From the NCBI GenBank assembly GCA_015523565.1, contig WAKA01000204.1, positions 12 through 64,011 on the forward strand: a stretch of 64,000 nt of DNA, in the 5' to 3' direction. The notes under the pieces were generated by a model. The model searched no databases, was not told the DNA's origin, and saw only the letters and a program-made list of their open reading frames with translations. Every line of letters starts with the position of its first letter. Position 1 is the first letter of the stretch. Positions 46,749 to 55,977 of the stretch are shown here, in pieces. This DNA is from Candidatus Heimdallarchaeota archaeon. GTDB taxonomy: Archaea > Asgardarchaeota > Heimdallarchaeia > Heimdallarchaeales > Kariarchaeaceae. Made by a program: the position numbers and the translations under genes.

Positions 46749-48722
46749 TTATATTGAAGCAAGCTTCTGTTTGACAATCGAAGAAACAACTTTTCCATCT
46801 GCTTTTCCTTGGAATTTTGCCATTGTTTTTCCAATGACAAGACCCATGGCACCCATTCCTTTTGCTTTAACTGTTTCGAGGTTTTGGTGGATGATTTCAT
46901 CCACTACTTTTTCGATTTCAGATGTATCAATAGGTTTAATGCTGAATTTTTTGATGGCCTGCTTCGGGGAAATTTGCGTTTTGCTTTCTGCAATACCTTG
47001 AAGTACGGGAAGAATAGATGCTTTAGTAATCTTTTCAGCAGCGATTTGCTTGAATATCTCAAGAAGGTGCTCTTCAGTAATCTTTTCAACATCAAATCCT
47101 TTTCTTCTTAAATCAACAATGTCTTGAAGTAATGTTGTGGCAACCAATGTAGGTTTGACACCTGTTTCTTCAACTATCTTTTCAAAAAGAATATTATCAT
47201 GATGATTGTACAATTGTTTTGCAATGTCTTTAGGAAGCTTTAGGACATTTATATAGCGTTGAAGTCTTTCTTCAGGCATTTCAAAGGTAAGATTGTTTAT
47301 TTTTTCCAAATATTCATCGGTAATTCTAATTGGAGGAGAATCGGTTTCAGGATACATTCTTGCCTTTCCGGGTAATGGTCTGAGGAAGCCTGTAGTTCCA
47401 TCAGGACGGGGAGCTCTTACTTCAGGAGGGAGAGGGTTAGAATCAAGCCAAACTCTCATAATTTGTTTGATGTTTTCAATAGCTTGATAACCAATTGCTT
47501 CTGATCCCACTACAAGAAGGAAAGCATCTCCATCTTTTAGTTTCAGTGATTTTGCAACGTTGTCTTTCTCTTTTTGGGTAATGCCAAATTTCGGTAATTC
47601 ATCACTATGGAGAATACCACCTGCGTTGGCAGTAACCTTTGCAATTTCAGATAGTTCTGTTCCAACCCTATAGTTTTCTTGAAGTTCGAAAGCCAATAAT
47701 CCGTCAAACTTTGGTAATCTGGCACCAATAACCTTTTTCTTTTGTTTTAATGCTTTTTGAATGAATTTTGCTTGGCAATTTTGAAACACACTTGTAACAT
47801 CATTTGGTTTGATCATGTTTATGTTTCTTTTGTTGAAATTTCTTTCTTTTAAATAGGAAAGGAATTCAAGCATCCGCAATTGCCTGATTGCCTCATTTTT
47901 CACGTAAAGTGGAAGCAGTTCGAGATTTTGGACACCTTTGATTTCAATGCGAGTGCCTTTCTTTACAGAAACATTGATGTCTTGGCGGATTGTTCCCAAT
48001 CCTCTTTTGACATACCCAGTCGTTCTTAATAATGTCCCAATGCGTAGGGCAGTCTGCAGGACTTCTTCAGGAGTATGCATGTTAGGTCCAGTTGCAATTT
48101 CAATTAGAGGGATTCCCAATCGATCCAGCCTAAATGATCTACCTTTTTCTGATTTTCCAACGTTTTTTGCTGAATCTTCTTCCACATTTACCTGATAAAT
48201 GTAGATTTTTTTCCCATTAACATCAATGAATGAATTTTCACCACCATAGGCAATTTGAGCTGTTCTTTGGAAGCCACTAGTATTACTTCCATCTATAATT
48301 GTCTTTCTGCAGACAAGAATTTCGTCAAAAATATGGAGGTTGAAGAGTTTTTTTGCAATTGCAATGGATCTGAACAATGCATTTGGGTTAATTGGGAAAA
48401 TTGGTTCTTCATCAAGTTCAACAAGACATGTTGTGTCATAATATCCTTGATAAAAGAGCTTCTGTTTCTTCGTCTTTTCAAATGTTGCGGCTATATCAAC
48501 TTTTCCAGTTTCTCCACTGACTGCCCTTAGTTCCCTTTCCACAACAAAGTTAGGTTCGTCATCCCTAATAACAGCGGGACATGTGCAAAACAATTTAGAA
48601 CCATGTTTTTGTTGCATTGGATCAGAATCAACATATGGGGCATAAAGCTGTTGATGGAATTCAAGTCCAACTTTTAGACCTTCTTTTTCAAAATCAATAG
48701 TTTCAGGTACTTTGATATTCAT
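46749..48722 (-). CDS. gatE: Glutamyl-tRNA(Gln) amidotransferase subunit E
   Basis: 657 aa with a GatB/E N-terminal core (GLEFHQQL, LVELDEEP, VNVEEDSA, DRLGIPLIEI) and a C-terminal YqeY-like tail. It lies immediately downstream of gatD (48722/48723). Confidence 0.9.
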   Translation of the reverse strand: MNIKVPETIDFEKEGLKVGLEFHQQLYAPYVDSDPMQQKHGSKLFCTCPAVIRDDEPNFVVERELRAVSGETGKVDIAATFEKTKKQKLFYQGYYDTTCLVELDEEPIFPINPNALFRSIAIAKKLFNLHIFDEILVCRKTIIDGSNTSGFQRTAQIAYGGENSFIDVNGKKIYIYQVNVEEDSAKNVGKSEKGRSFRLDRLGIPLIEIATGPNMHTPEEVLQTALRIGTLLRTTGYVKRGLGTIRQDINVSVKKGTRIEIKGVQNLELLPLYVKNEAIRQLRMLEFLSYLKERNFNKRNINMIKPNDVTSVFQNCQAKFIQKALKQKKKVIGARLPKFDGLLAFELQENYRVGTELSEIAKVTANAGGILHSDELPKFGITQKEKDNVAKSLKLKDGDAFLLVVGSEAIGYQAIENIKQIMRVWLDSNPLPPEVRAPRPDGTTGFLRPLPGKARMYPETDSPPIRITDEYLEKINNLTFEMPEERLQRYINVLKLPKDIAKQLYNHHDNILFEKIVEETGVKPTLVATTLLQDIVDLRRKGFDVEKITEEHLLEIFKQIAAEKITKASILPVLQGIAESKTQISPKQAIKKFSIKPIDTSEIEKVVDEIIHQNLETVKAKGMGAMGLVIGKTMAKFQGKADGKVVSSIVKQKLASI

Positions 48723-50093
48723 TTACATATACCCTCCAAAATTGCTCCTTTGTGTAATCTCCCCAGCGATGTTTGTAGTCATCATTTGTTTGACTTCCTC
48801 AGAATTTTCAGTGTTGCCGAGAACCCATCCAAGTTTAACAAGAGCAGTTTCTGAAAGCATATCGCTTAGATAAGTAACTCCTGCCAAATAATTGGTTCTT
48901 AGTGCACGATAAACAAAGGGGTGCGTACGTCCATAGATGCATTGGCTTGTCATTCCAATAAAAGCACCTTCTTCAATTGCCCGTTTCATAGGTTCTGTCC
49001 ATGACCTTTCTTTTTCTTCTTTTGGAGGGAAGGTTGGGGTATGTCCTAACCCTGTACCCTCTATAATAAACCCTTTAGTTCCTTTGTCTATATGCCAATC
49101 AAGGATTTCAGGAGAAATTCCAGGATAAATTTTGATAAGAGCAACTTTTGGATCATAATTCGTGTTTAAATCAATCTCCCGTTTTTCTCGTTTAGGTAAA
49201 TCATTTCTAAGGATTGTAATTTCCCCTTTTTCAGAAATTCGTGCATATGGTATATCTCCGATTGTTTTGAATGCATCCCTGCGAGAAGTATGCATTTTTC
49301 TCACTCTTGTGCCAGGTGAGGCAAGGCATGCATTATCTTCGGTAGATTCATGCATGACTACAGACACTTTTGCAAAATCTGCTTTTGCAGCTACTCGTGC
49401 TGCGGAAATAAGATTCAAGGCACCATCAAATGAACCTCTATCAGATGATCTTTGCCCACCAGTCATTGCCACAGGGGCAGGAAGATTCTGAACCATGAAG
49501 CTTAGGGCTGCCGAGGTATATCCCATCATGTCAGTTCCATGCATAATGACTATACCTTCACTCCCATTTTCAAATTCCTGATATATTTCTTTTGCAATTA
49601 TTTGCCATTGTTTGTATGCAATATCCTCGCTGGCCATTTGAAACAAGGGATTAATGGTCTTAAAAACAACCTCATCCAATAATTCAGGGAGGCTTGCAAA
49701 TACCTCCTCAGGTCTACTTGCCATGAAAACCCCTCCAGTAAGATAATCAATCCTACTGGCGATTGTTCCTCCAGTAGCTAAGAGAGAAATTTGTGGCAAG
49801 TTTTCCTTTTGGGAAAGTTTTGCCTTGGGGAATTGTTCAAGTTTGAATGATTTCCCAGTATCAATAATTTTCAATTTTGGAGAATATCTAACACCTACAT
49901 TATATCCATTTTTTTGTTTAAGGATGATAACATCTGGATCACCCATTTCTGTTTGTGGGAGGAGATTTCCTTCGATTTTTGCATCTTTTGCTTCAATGAC
50001 CAGATAATCACCGATTTTGATCTTGTTTTGTTTGAAAACATCTAGAACTTGTTTTGAATAGTTGCCATATGCCAAAGCTGTTTTTGTTGTCAT
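48723..50093 (-). CDS. gatD: Glutamyl-tRNA(Gln) amidotransferase subunit D (asparaginase-like)
   Basis: 456 aa with asparaginase motifs ATGGTIAS and HGTDMMGYTSAAL, adjacent to gatE. Confidence 0.9.
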   Translation of the reverse strand: MTTKTALAYGNYSKQVLDVFKQNKIKIGDYLVIEAKDAKIEGNLLPQTEMGDPDVIILKQKNGYNVGVRYSPKLKIIDTGKSFKLEQFPKAKLSQKENLPQISLLATGGTIASRIDYLTGGVFMASRPEEVFASLPELLDEVVFKTINPLFQMASEDIAYKQWQIIAKEIYQEFENGSEGIVIMHGTDMMGYTSAALSFMVQNLPAPVAMTGGQRSSDRGSFDGALNLISAARVAAKADFAKVSVVMHESTEDNACLASPGTRVRKMHTSRRDAFKTIGDIPYARISEKGEITILRNDLPKREKREIDLNTNYDPKVALIKIYPGISPEILDWHIDKGTKGFIIEGTGLGHTPTFPPKEEKERSWTEPMKRAIEEGAFIGMTSQCIYGRTHPFVYRALRTNYLAGVTYLSDMLSETALVKLGWVLGNTENSEEVKQMMTTNIAGEITQRSNFGGYM

Positions 50094-50147
50094 TTCTTGA
50101 ATGGTTTTTAATTGCCATATTTATTTATGTCCTGTTTTAGTCAGGAA

Positions 50148-50576
50148 TTAAGGTGAAGCTTTTTTCTGTTGTTCCTTAAAGGATTCCCAGATTGCCTTTA
50201 TTCGATCTGCAACAATTCCCTCTCCAGTTACACCATCTTCGTTTACTTTAAATCGATCCATAACTACAATTGTATGGGAGTCTTCGTAAAGTTTAACATT
50301 TTCAGGTCTGAATACTTTTGATAATTCTTGTGCAAGTCCAAATATGTCAAAAGGAACTTCTCCAAGTGTTATATAGGAAACAATATCTCCTGCAATAAAG
50401 ATTTTGAAGAATTTTTTATTATCATCAGAGACAGCGTCATTAAGAACAAGAGAAAGATCTTCATTAACACCTCGTAAAATACCTGTAAATGTTTTTCCGT
50501 CTTTGGTATTGACAACAATTTTCTTATTGAACAAGCTTCTGATTTCTGAGAAGAACGAACGTTTAGGTTGGCTCAT
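50148..50576 (-). CDS. Sm-like (LSm) archaeal protein with C-terminal extension
   Basis: The Sm1/Sm2-like N-terminal half is KIVVNTKDGKTFTGILRGVNEDLSLVLNDAV...IFIAGDIVSYI. An additional ~60-aa C-terminal domain follows. Confidence 0.6.
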   Translation of the reverse strand: MSQPKRSFFSEIRSLFNKKIVVNTKDGKTFTGILRGVNEDLSLVLNDAVSDDNKKFFKIFIAGDIVSYITLGEVPFDIFGLAQELSKVFRPENVKLYEDSHTIVVMDRFKVNEDGVTGEGIVADRIKAIWESFKEQQKKASP

Positions 50577-50705
50577 AGACTATCCATAGTAATTGCTTTC
50601 TTAAGTTTTTTAACAAGGAACAGATGATTTAGAATCTTAAGAAACACATTTGCGCGAGCCTGTTGCTTTAGCAATCATTATTAGCAACTTTTATGAGGTT
50701 AAGAT

Positions 50706-52304
50706 GTGTCATTTGAGATAAAAAGATGGGATGGATTGGGAAAGATAGCGAATTTCCAAGTTAATGGAAAAAAAATGGAAACACCTGCCCTCTTTCCAGT
50801 GGTACATCCAGTTTTGCAATCAATTTCTGCAAAAAGATTGAAAGATGAATTTGGATTTAACCAGATAATAACCTCTGCATACCTACTTAAGAAAAAAATT
50901 GACCAGGGAATAGAAGTAAAATCCATCCACAGTTTTTTGGAATTCGACGGTATAATTATGATGGATTCAGGGGCATATCAACTTATGGTGTATGGAGATG
51001 TTGAACTAGATCAAGAAGGATCAATGGAACTGCAAAGGAAAGTTGGTGCAGACATTGGGGTAATTCTTGATCATCCAATTGGCTATAATGTATCCTACAT
51101 TGAAGCGAGGAAGCGAGTGGAAACAACCATTGAAAGGGTAAAAGATGCAATTTCACAAATGAAGGATGAAGACCCCATATGGACATTTCCAATTCAAGGT
51201 GGACGATATGAGGAATTGATTGAAGAATATTTAGAAAAATGCGGTACGGAAGACAATTTGACAAATTTTGGATTTTTTGCATTAGGTAGTGTTGTTCAAG
51301 TCATGATAAATCAGGATTATGAAACAATGGTAAAAATGATTACAACTGCAAGAAAAATGATGCCTGTTGAAAAGCCTTTTCATCTTTTTGGAGCGGGACA
51401 CCCTGCTATGTTTGCCCTAGCAGTTTTTTTGGGTTGTGATACATTTGATTCTGCGGCATATAGCCTTATGGCCAATGATGACAGATACATGACAAGCCAA
51501 AGAACATACAAGTTAGGGGAATTAAAGACACTACCTTGTGTTTGTCCTGTATGTAATGGAAGAACAATAGAAGACTTACAAAAAATTAAGAAAGAAAAAA
51601 GAAAGACATTATTAGCAGAACACAATCTTTGGGTATCTGTTGAAGAAATAAAAAGAATAAAACTGGCTATTGAAAGAGGGAATCTTTGGGATTTAGTATG
51701 GTTGAGGGCAAATAGTGTACCGAATCTAGGGCGTGCAACAAAGCTAGCCATTCAGTTATATATGGAAGACCCCAAGTTTAGGGAAATAATTATTCAGGGG
51801 ACGCCAATTTCAAAACCTTATGCACTCAATGTTTTTTCACCCCATGATTTGATGAGACCAGAAATTTTACGGGTAAAGGGATGGGTAAAAGAATATTTGG
51901 GCACAGTTGATATAAAAAATCCAATTATTGTCTTTTTTGAATTTGGAAAGTCAAGTTTTAGAAAACTTCCAGATTTATTGTTGAAAGAAGTTCCAAGTGA
52001 GGTTGTTCAACGATTGTTCATATTTAGTCCTATTTTCGGTGTGTTTCCTTTTGGGATTTCAGAAAGCTATCCATTAAGTCAAAATACCTCGGAATTGACT
52101 TATAATGAGATATCAGTTGCAGATATTCGTGAACAGATAAGGAAATTTCAAGGAAAAATCACAATCATAAAACCAATCAGCATCAAAAAAGATGTCATTG
52201 AATCATTATTCAATGGATATGAATTTGAAATAATTGAAAGTGACAAACCAGGGACAATGATAGTGAATTTACAATCTATCGACAGCAGGTATTCCCAAAA
52301 TTGA
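50706..52304 (+). CDS. tgtA: Archaeosine tRNA-guanine transglycosylase
   Basis: FEIKRWDGLGKIANF..ETPALFPVVHP, MDSGAYQ, LFGAGHP, and the zinc site CVCPVC..H. GTG start with GAGGT 6 nt upstream. At 532 aa the C-terminal region is shorter than classical ArcTGT. Confidence 0.85.
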   Translation: MSFEIKRWDGLGKIANFQVNGKKMETPALFPVVHPVLQSISAKRLKDEFGFNQIITSAYLLKKKIDQGIEVKSIHSFLEFDGIIMMDSGAYQLMVYGDVELDQEGSMELQRKVGADIGVILDHPIGYNVSYIEARKRVETTIERVKDAISQMKDEDPIWTFPIQGGRYEELIEEYLEKCGTEDNLTNFGFFALGSVVQVMINQDYETMVKMITTARKMMPVEKPFHLFGAGHPAMFALAVFLGCDTFDSAAYSLMANDDRYMTSQRTYKLGELKTLPCVCPVCNGRTIEDLQKIKKEKRKTLLAEHNLWVSVEEIKRIKLAIERGNLWDLVWLRANSVPNLGRATKLAIQLYMEDPKFREIIIQGTPISKPYALNVFSPHDLMRPEILRVKGWVKEYLGTVDIKNPIIVFFEFGKSSFRKLPDLLLKEVPSEVVQRLFIFSPIFGVFPFGISESYPLSQNTSELTYNEISVADIREQIRKFQGKITIIKPISIKKDVIESLFNGYEFEIIESDKPGTMIVNLQSIDSRYSQN

Positions 52305-54410
52305 AAGACCAGTTGCAATTCCTTTTTTGAGGGCAGTCACTACCCACAATAAAGCTTCTTTAGTTTGTTCTTCTGCTGACAGAATGGGGTTTTGCTCATA
52401 GAACTTCATGAACTTTTGAGCCAATTCATAGCACCATGAAGCAATTTTTGAGGGGTTCATGTCGTTTACGGCATCCATTAAACGCTGCTCAAATGTTGCT
52501 AGAAGATCAATAATATCTATTGTTTCCTTATTTTCTGCGAGAATCTTCCAATCAATTTCATCAATGGATCTTCTTGGAACTGCCTTTCTTAATATTCCTG
52601 CTGCTCTTGCATGTGCATATAAAATGAATGGACCAGGATTCCTTTTAAAATCAAGTTCCCTATCCAAATCAAGGACAATTTTTTTATTTGGGTCTGTATC
52701 AATTAATGGAAAACGTGTACTTGCTAAAGTCACCGCGGTCAACAATTTTTCTTCCTCTTCCCAAGTTTCATCTTCAAATTGCTTGAATGCTGCTTTTTTT
52801 GCCATTCTTGCACGAATTTTTGTTTCATCATAATATTCGTCAGCAGTGATGTAGATTGCCTGCCTACCACTCATTTTCCTTCCAAGGAGTTCTACTAGTC
52901 CATAACGATAATGAATTAGATTTTTCGCAGCATGTTTTTCACCAAGTAGATAGAGTGGAAGCAACAATTGAAATTGTGGAAGTGTTTGTTCATCACTTAT
53001 TACATTATAAACTTTTTCTGGATTGAATTGATGGAATTTGTAGAGCGAATATGCGATGTCTTTTGTTGGGTAGAGTGCGGTTCCATCACTTCTAGTCAAT
53101 TGAAGATCTGGAATGTCTCCTTTTATAGGAATGGATTTTTTGTCCAATTTTAATTCTTGATACATTTTATTAATGAGTTGCTTTGGATAAGTAAACCTAT
53201 AAGTTCCATCATGAAGAGAAAGTGTATTTTCAAGTTTAGCCAATTTATCCACGATTTTTTTGGGAGACCCATTCCATGTAATATCAGATTCATAGTCAAA
53301 TGCATCAAAATCAACATTATATCTTTTAAGTGTCCATTTGAAAGCAGAAATGGTCCAATCGGTCAATTCACGGAAAAGAGAATTTATAGACTTATCATTT
53401 CCTTTTTCATATTTTTCAAGGTATTCTGAAGTTTTAGCAATAAGATCTATTTTTTTAACGTTTTTCTTGAGAATATCAAACAATTCAGGGAACCTAATTT
53501 TCAGGGAATTAACTGTTGCAACATATTTTTCCGCTTCCTTTGATTCTTCTTTGAGCTTGTTGATTTGTCTGTTAAGTTTTGAAATTTTTTGTTTTGTTGC
53601 CTTTGTATTCTTTTCTTTTTTCAAATTTTCGACTTCTTTTTTGATTTCATTAATTTTGTCAGTATAGTATGCGTCAATTTTCTTCAAATCTGTAGCTGTC
53701 AAGGTGTACCGTGATTTTGATACAGGAATATCCTTTTTTCTTGCATTTTGTTTAATAGTTTGAATTGAATAGAAAGAATTCATAATTGCATAAACTTTTC
53801 CTATCCAATGATCAAATTTTACGTCTGGATATAGCTTTTCCTTTTTCAAAAATTCATATCCAATAACGGTAAAGCCAATTTGAAGACCAACGTCATTAAT
53901 ATAGAAGTGCCTTCTCACTTCATACCCTGTTGCCTTTAGAATTCTTGCAAAAGTGTCTCCATGGATTGTATTTCTAAGATTACCTACATGAATGGGGGCA
54001 ATCGGATTGGCAGAGGTATGTTCTACAATGACTATTTTACCCATGTTTTTGGAAGATTGACCGAAGTTTTCAGAAAGCACATCTTTCAATGTATTCACAA
54101 TATTTCCTGCGCGATATTTTTTTAATTCTTCAGGGTTGATTTTAAGGTTAATAAAAACAAGAGTGTGTTTTCCCTTTTTGGTTTCACTTGGAAATGCATT
54201 TTGAACAAGAGGAATTGCATCCATTATTTTTTGTGAAAGGCTCTTAGCAACCAGAAATGGGTCATCAGATCGTTCTGCCAAGGGATTTACAATGAATGCA
54301 AATTCAGCTTTTCCATGCAGTGATTTAATTACATGATCAAGGCGTATGTTTTTTTTAAATCCTTCATTTTTAAGAAGTTCATTAATTTGACTTTCCAATT
54401 TCTTTTGCAT
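52269..54410 (-). CDS. argS: Arginyl-tRNA synthetase (with a Lys/Glu-rich insertion)
   Basis: HIGH-region HTSANPIAPIHVGNLRN, GYEVRRHFYINDVG, the KMSGR block, and a DALR-like C-terminal anticodon-binding domain. 713 aa. Its 3' end overlaps convergent tgtA by 36 nt. Confidence 0.9.
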   Translation of the reverse strand: MQKKLESQINELLKNEGFKKNIRLDHVIKSLHGKAEFAFIVNPLAERSDDPFLVAKSLSQKIMDAIPLVQNAFPSETKKGKHTLVFINLKINPEELKKYRAGNIVNTLKDVLSENFGQSSKNMGKIVIVEHTSANPIAPIHVGNLRNTIHGDTFARILKATGYEVRRHFYINDVGLQIGFTVIGYEFLKKEKLYPDVKFDHWIGKVYAIMNSFYSIQTIKQNARKKDIPVSKSRYTLTATDLKKIDAYYTDKINEIKKEVENLKKEKNTKATKQKISKLNRQINKLKEESKEAEKYVATVNSLKIRFPELFDILKKNVKKIDLIAKTSEYLEKYEKGNDKSINSLFRELTDWTISAFKWTLKRYNVDFDAFDYESDITWNGSPKKIVDKLAKLENTLSLHDGTYRFTYPKQLINKMYQELKLDKKSIPIKGDIPDLQLTRSDGTALYPTKDIAYSLYKFHQFNPEKVYNVISDEQTLPQFQLLLPLYLLGEKHAAKNLIHYRYGLVELLGRKMSGRQAIYITADEYYDETKIRARMAKKAAFKQFEDETWEEEEKLLTAVTLASTRFPLIDTDPNKKIVLDLDRELDFKRNPGPFILYAHARAAGILRKAVPRRSIDEIDWKILAENKETIDIIDLLATFEQRLMDAVNDMNPSKIASWCYELAQKFMKFYEQNPILSAEEQTKEALLWVVTALKKGIATGLSILGIPAVDRL

Positions 54411-54470
54411 TCAAAACTGAAAGGATATCTATGCAATTAATATTTGTGTTAAATACTGATATAAATGAGG

Positions 54471-55376
54471 TCAGGATTTATAGATTTCAATAATTTTGCT
54501 CAGGAGATCAATAGCATCCTCTTTCTTTCTTTGAAAACTGTTTCTTCCAATAATTGAGCCAAATCCACCGCCTTTATGGATTTCTTGTATTTCCTTTAAA
54601 ATTTCCTCTGTTCCTTTTGCAGGTCCTCCAGAGAAAATCACAACCCTTTTGCCTGCAAAAGCGGATTGTATTACATGGGATACCCTTTCATGAAGTGTTG
54701 ATTTTGGTATGTTTTCGTAGTATGGAACTGCCTCTTTTAGTGCGATATGGTCACTAGGAGGCTTTACCTTAATGAAATCAGCACCCATTTGTGCTGCAAT
54801 TTGTGCTGCATAGGCAACTACGTCCAATGCGGTTTCATCCTTTTTTGAAAGTTGTTCTCCTCTTGGATAAGACCAAACAATTGCAGCGAGTCCAACATCA
54901 TGTGCATCCCTGATAAAATCACGTAATTCATGGAACAATGTATTAGTTTGGGCTGTGCCAGGGTAAATTGTAAAACCTACTGCTGAACAACCAAGTTCTA
55001 ATGCATCTTCAATGTTTGAAGTTAAAGCAGATTTTGGATTTTTAGTCTTATAGAGGGAGTTGTTGTTGTTAACTTTCAGGATAAGGGGTATTTGACCAGG
55101 ATATTCGTTTGCAGCCATTTGGATAAAACCAAGAGGGGCGGCATATGCATTAAGACCAGCCTCGATTGCCAATTCAACATGATAAAGAGGATCATATGCA
55201 GGAGGATTTGGTGCAAATGACCTTGCTGGACCATGTTCAAACCCTTGGTCTACCGGAAGAATTACAAGCTTTCCAGTTCCAGCAAGTTTACCTGTTTCAA
55301 GCATTTTTCTTATGTTTCCTCTAACGCCTGGATTTAAATGACCGTACCACTGTAGAATTTCACTTGTTCTACTCAT
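54471..55376 (-). CDS. Class I aldolase of the DhnA/FbaB family (fructose-bisphosphate aldolase or related)
   Basis: LVILPVDQGFEHGP, the Schiff-base-lysine region GADFIKVKPP, and TIM-barrel spacing. 301 aa. Confidence 0.7.
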   Translation of the reverse strand: MSRTSEILQWYGHLNPGVRGNIRKMLETGKLAGTGKLVILPVDQGFEHGPARSFAPNPPAYDPLYHVELAIEAGLNAYAAPLGFIQMAANEYPGQIPLILKVNNNNSLYKTKNPKSALTSNIEDALELGCSAVGFTIYPGTAQTNTLFHELRDFIRDAHDVGLAAIVWSYPRGEQLSKKDETALDVVAYAAQIAAQMGADFIKVKPPSDHIALKEAVPYYENIPKSTLHERVSHVIQSAFAGKRVVIFSGGPAKGTEEILKEIQEIHKGGGFGSIIGRNSFQRKKEDAIDLLSKIIEIYKS

Positions 55377-55502
55377 CAGTTAATAAGAAAAAGAATTGGT
55401 TTAATAGATTTTGGAATTTTACTGTTCAAGTGATTATATTTTCTAAGTTTATGGATTTCAGGTTATGACCTTAAATAAGGAAATTGATATGGATTGACAC
55501 AA

Positions 55503-55976
55503 ATGCTAAGTAAGATTTTTGGATCAAAAGATATTGCTGAATCCAAGTCAATGTTTGAGAAAGTATACCAGGAAAATAAGTGTGAAATAGACGTAATCAT
55601 AGTAATTGATTCTACAGGAAAGGGGGTATATTCGTATGTTCCCAATAATTCGAAAGCAAAGGTTGATGAAAGTCTTATCTCAATGTTCATATCTGCAATC
55701 AATAATTTTTCTCAAGAAATTTTTGATAAAAATAGTAATCCTTCCATCAATGTAATGCATGGAGAGTTAGGGATACAAGTTGAAAGCAAGGAAAATTATT
55801 GTATTGCAATAATTGGGAGAAATCCCAATGAAGAGCTTAGGAAAACGATTCTTGAAGCGTTAGACTATGTCAATACATTTTTTGGGGATTTTGATGCATC
55901 CTATGAAAACGAAGCATTTGATAAGAATTTACATTTATTTATGAAACAAAAATTTTCAAAATTTATTGGTAGTTAA
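55503..55976 (+). CDS. Longin/roadblock-like alpha/beta domain protein
   Basis: VIIVIDSTGKGVYSY..ESLISMFISAINNFSQEIF..INVMHGELGIQVESKENYCIAIIGR..EELRKTILEALDYVNTFF follows a strand-strand-helix-strand-strand-strand-helix pattern. It is paralogous in pattern to 57946..58740 and to the C-terminus of 184..1293. ATG at 55503 (the track starts at a TTG at 55494). Confidence 0.5.
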   Translation: MLSKIFGSKDIAESKSMFEKVYQENKCEIDVIIVIDSTGKGVYSYVPNNSKAKVDESLISMFISAINNFSQEIFDKNSNPSINVMHGELGIQVESKENYCIAIIGRNPNEELRKTILEALDYVNTFFGDFDASYENEAFDKNLHLFMKQKFSKFIGS

Positions 55977-55977
55977 C

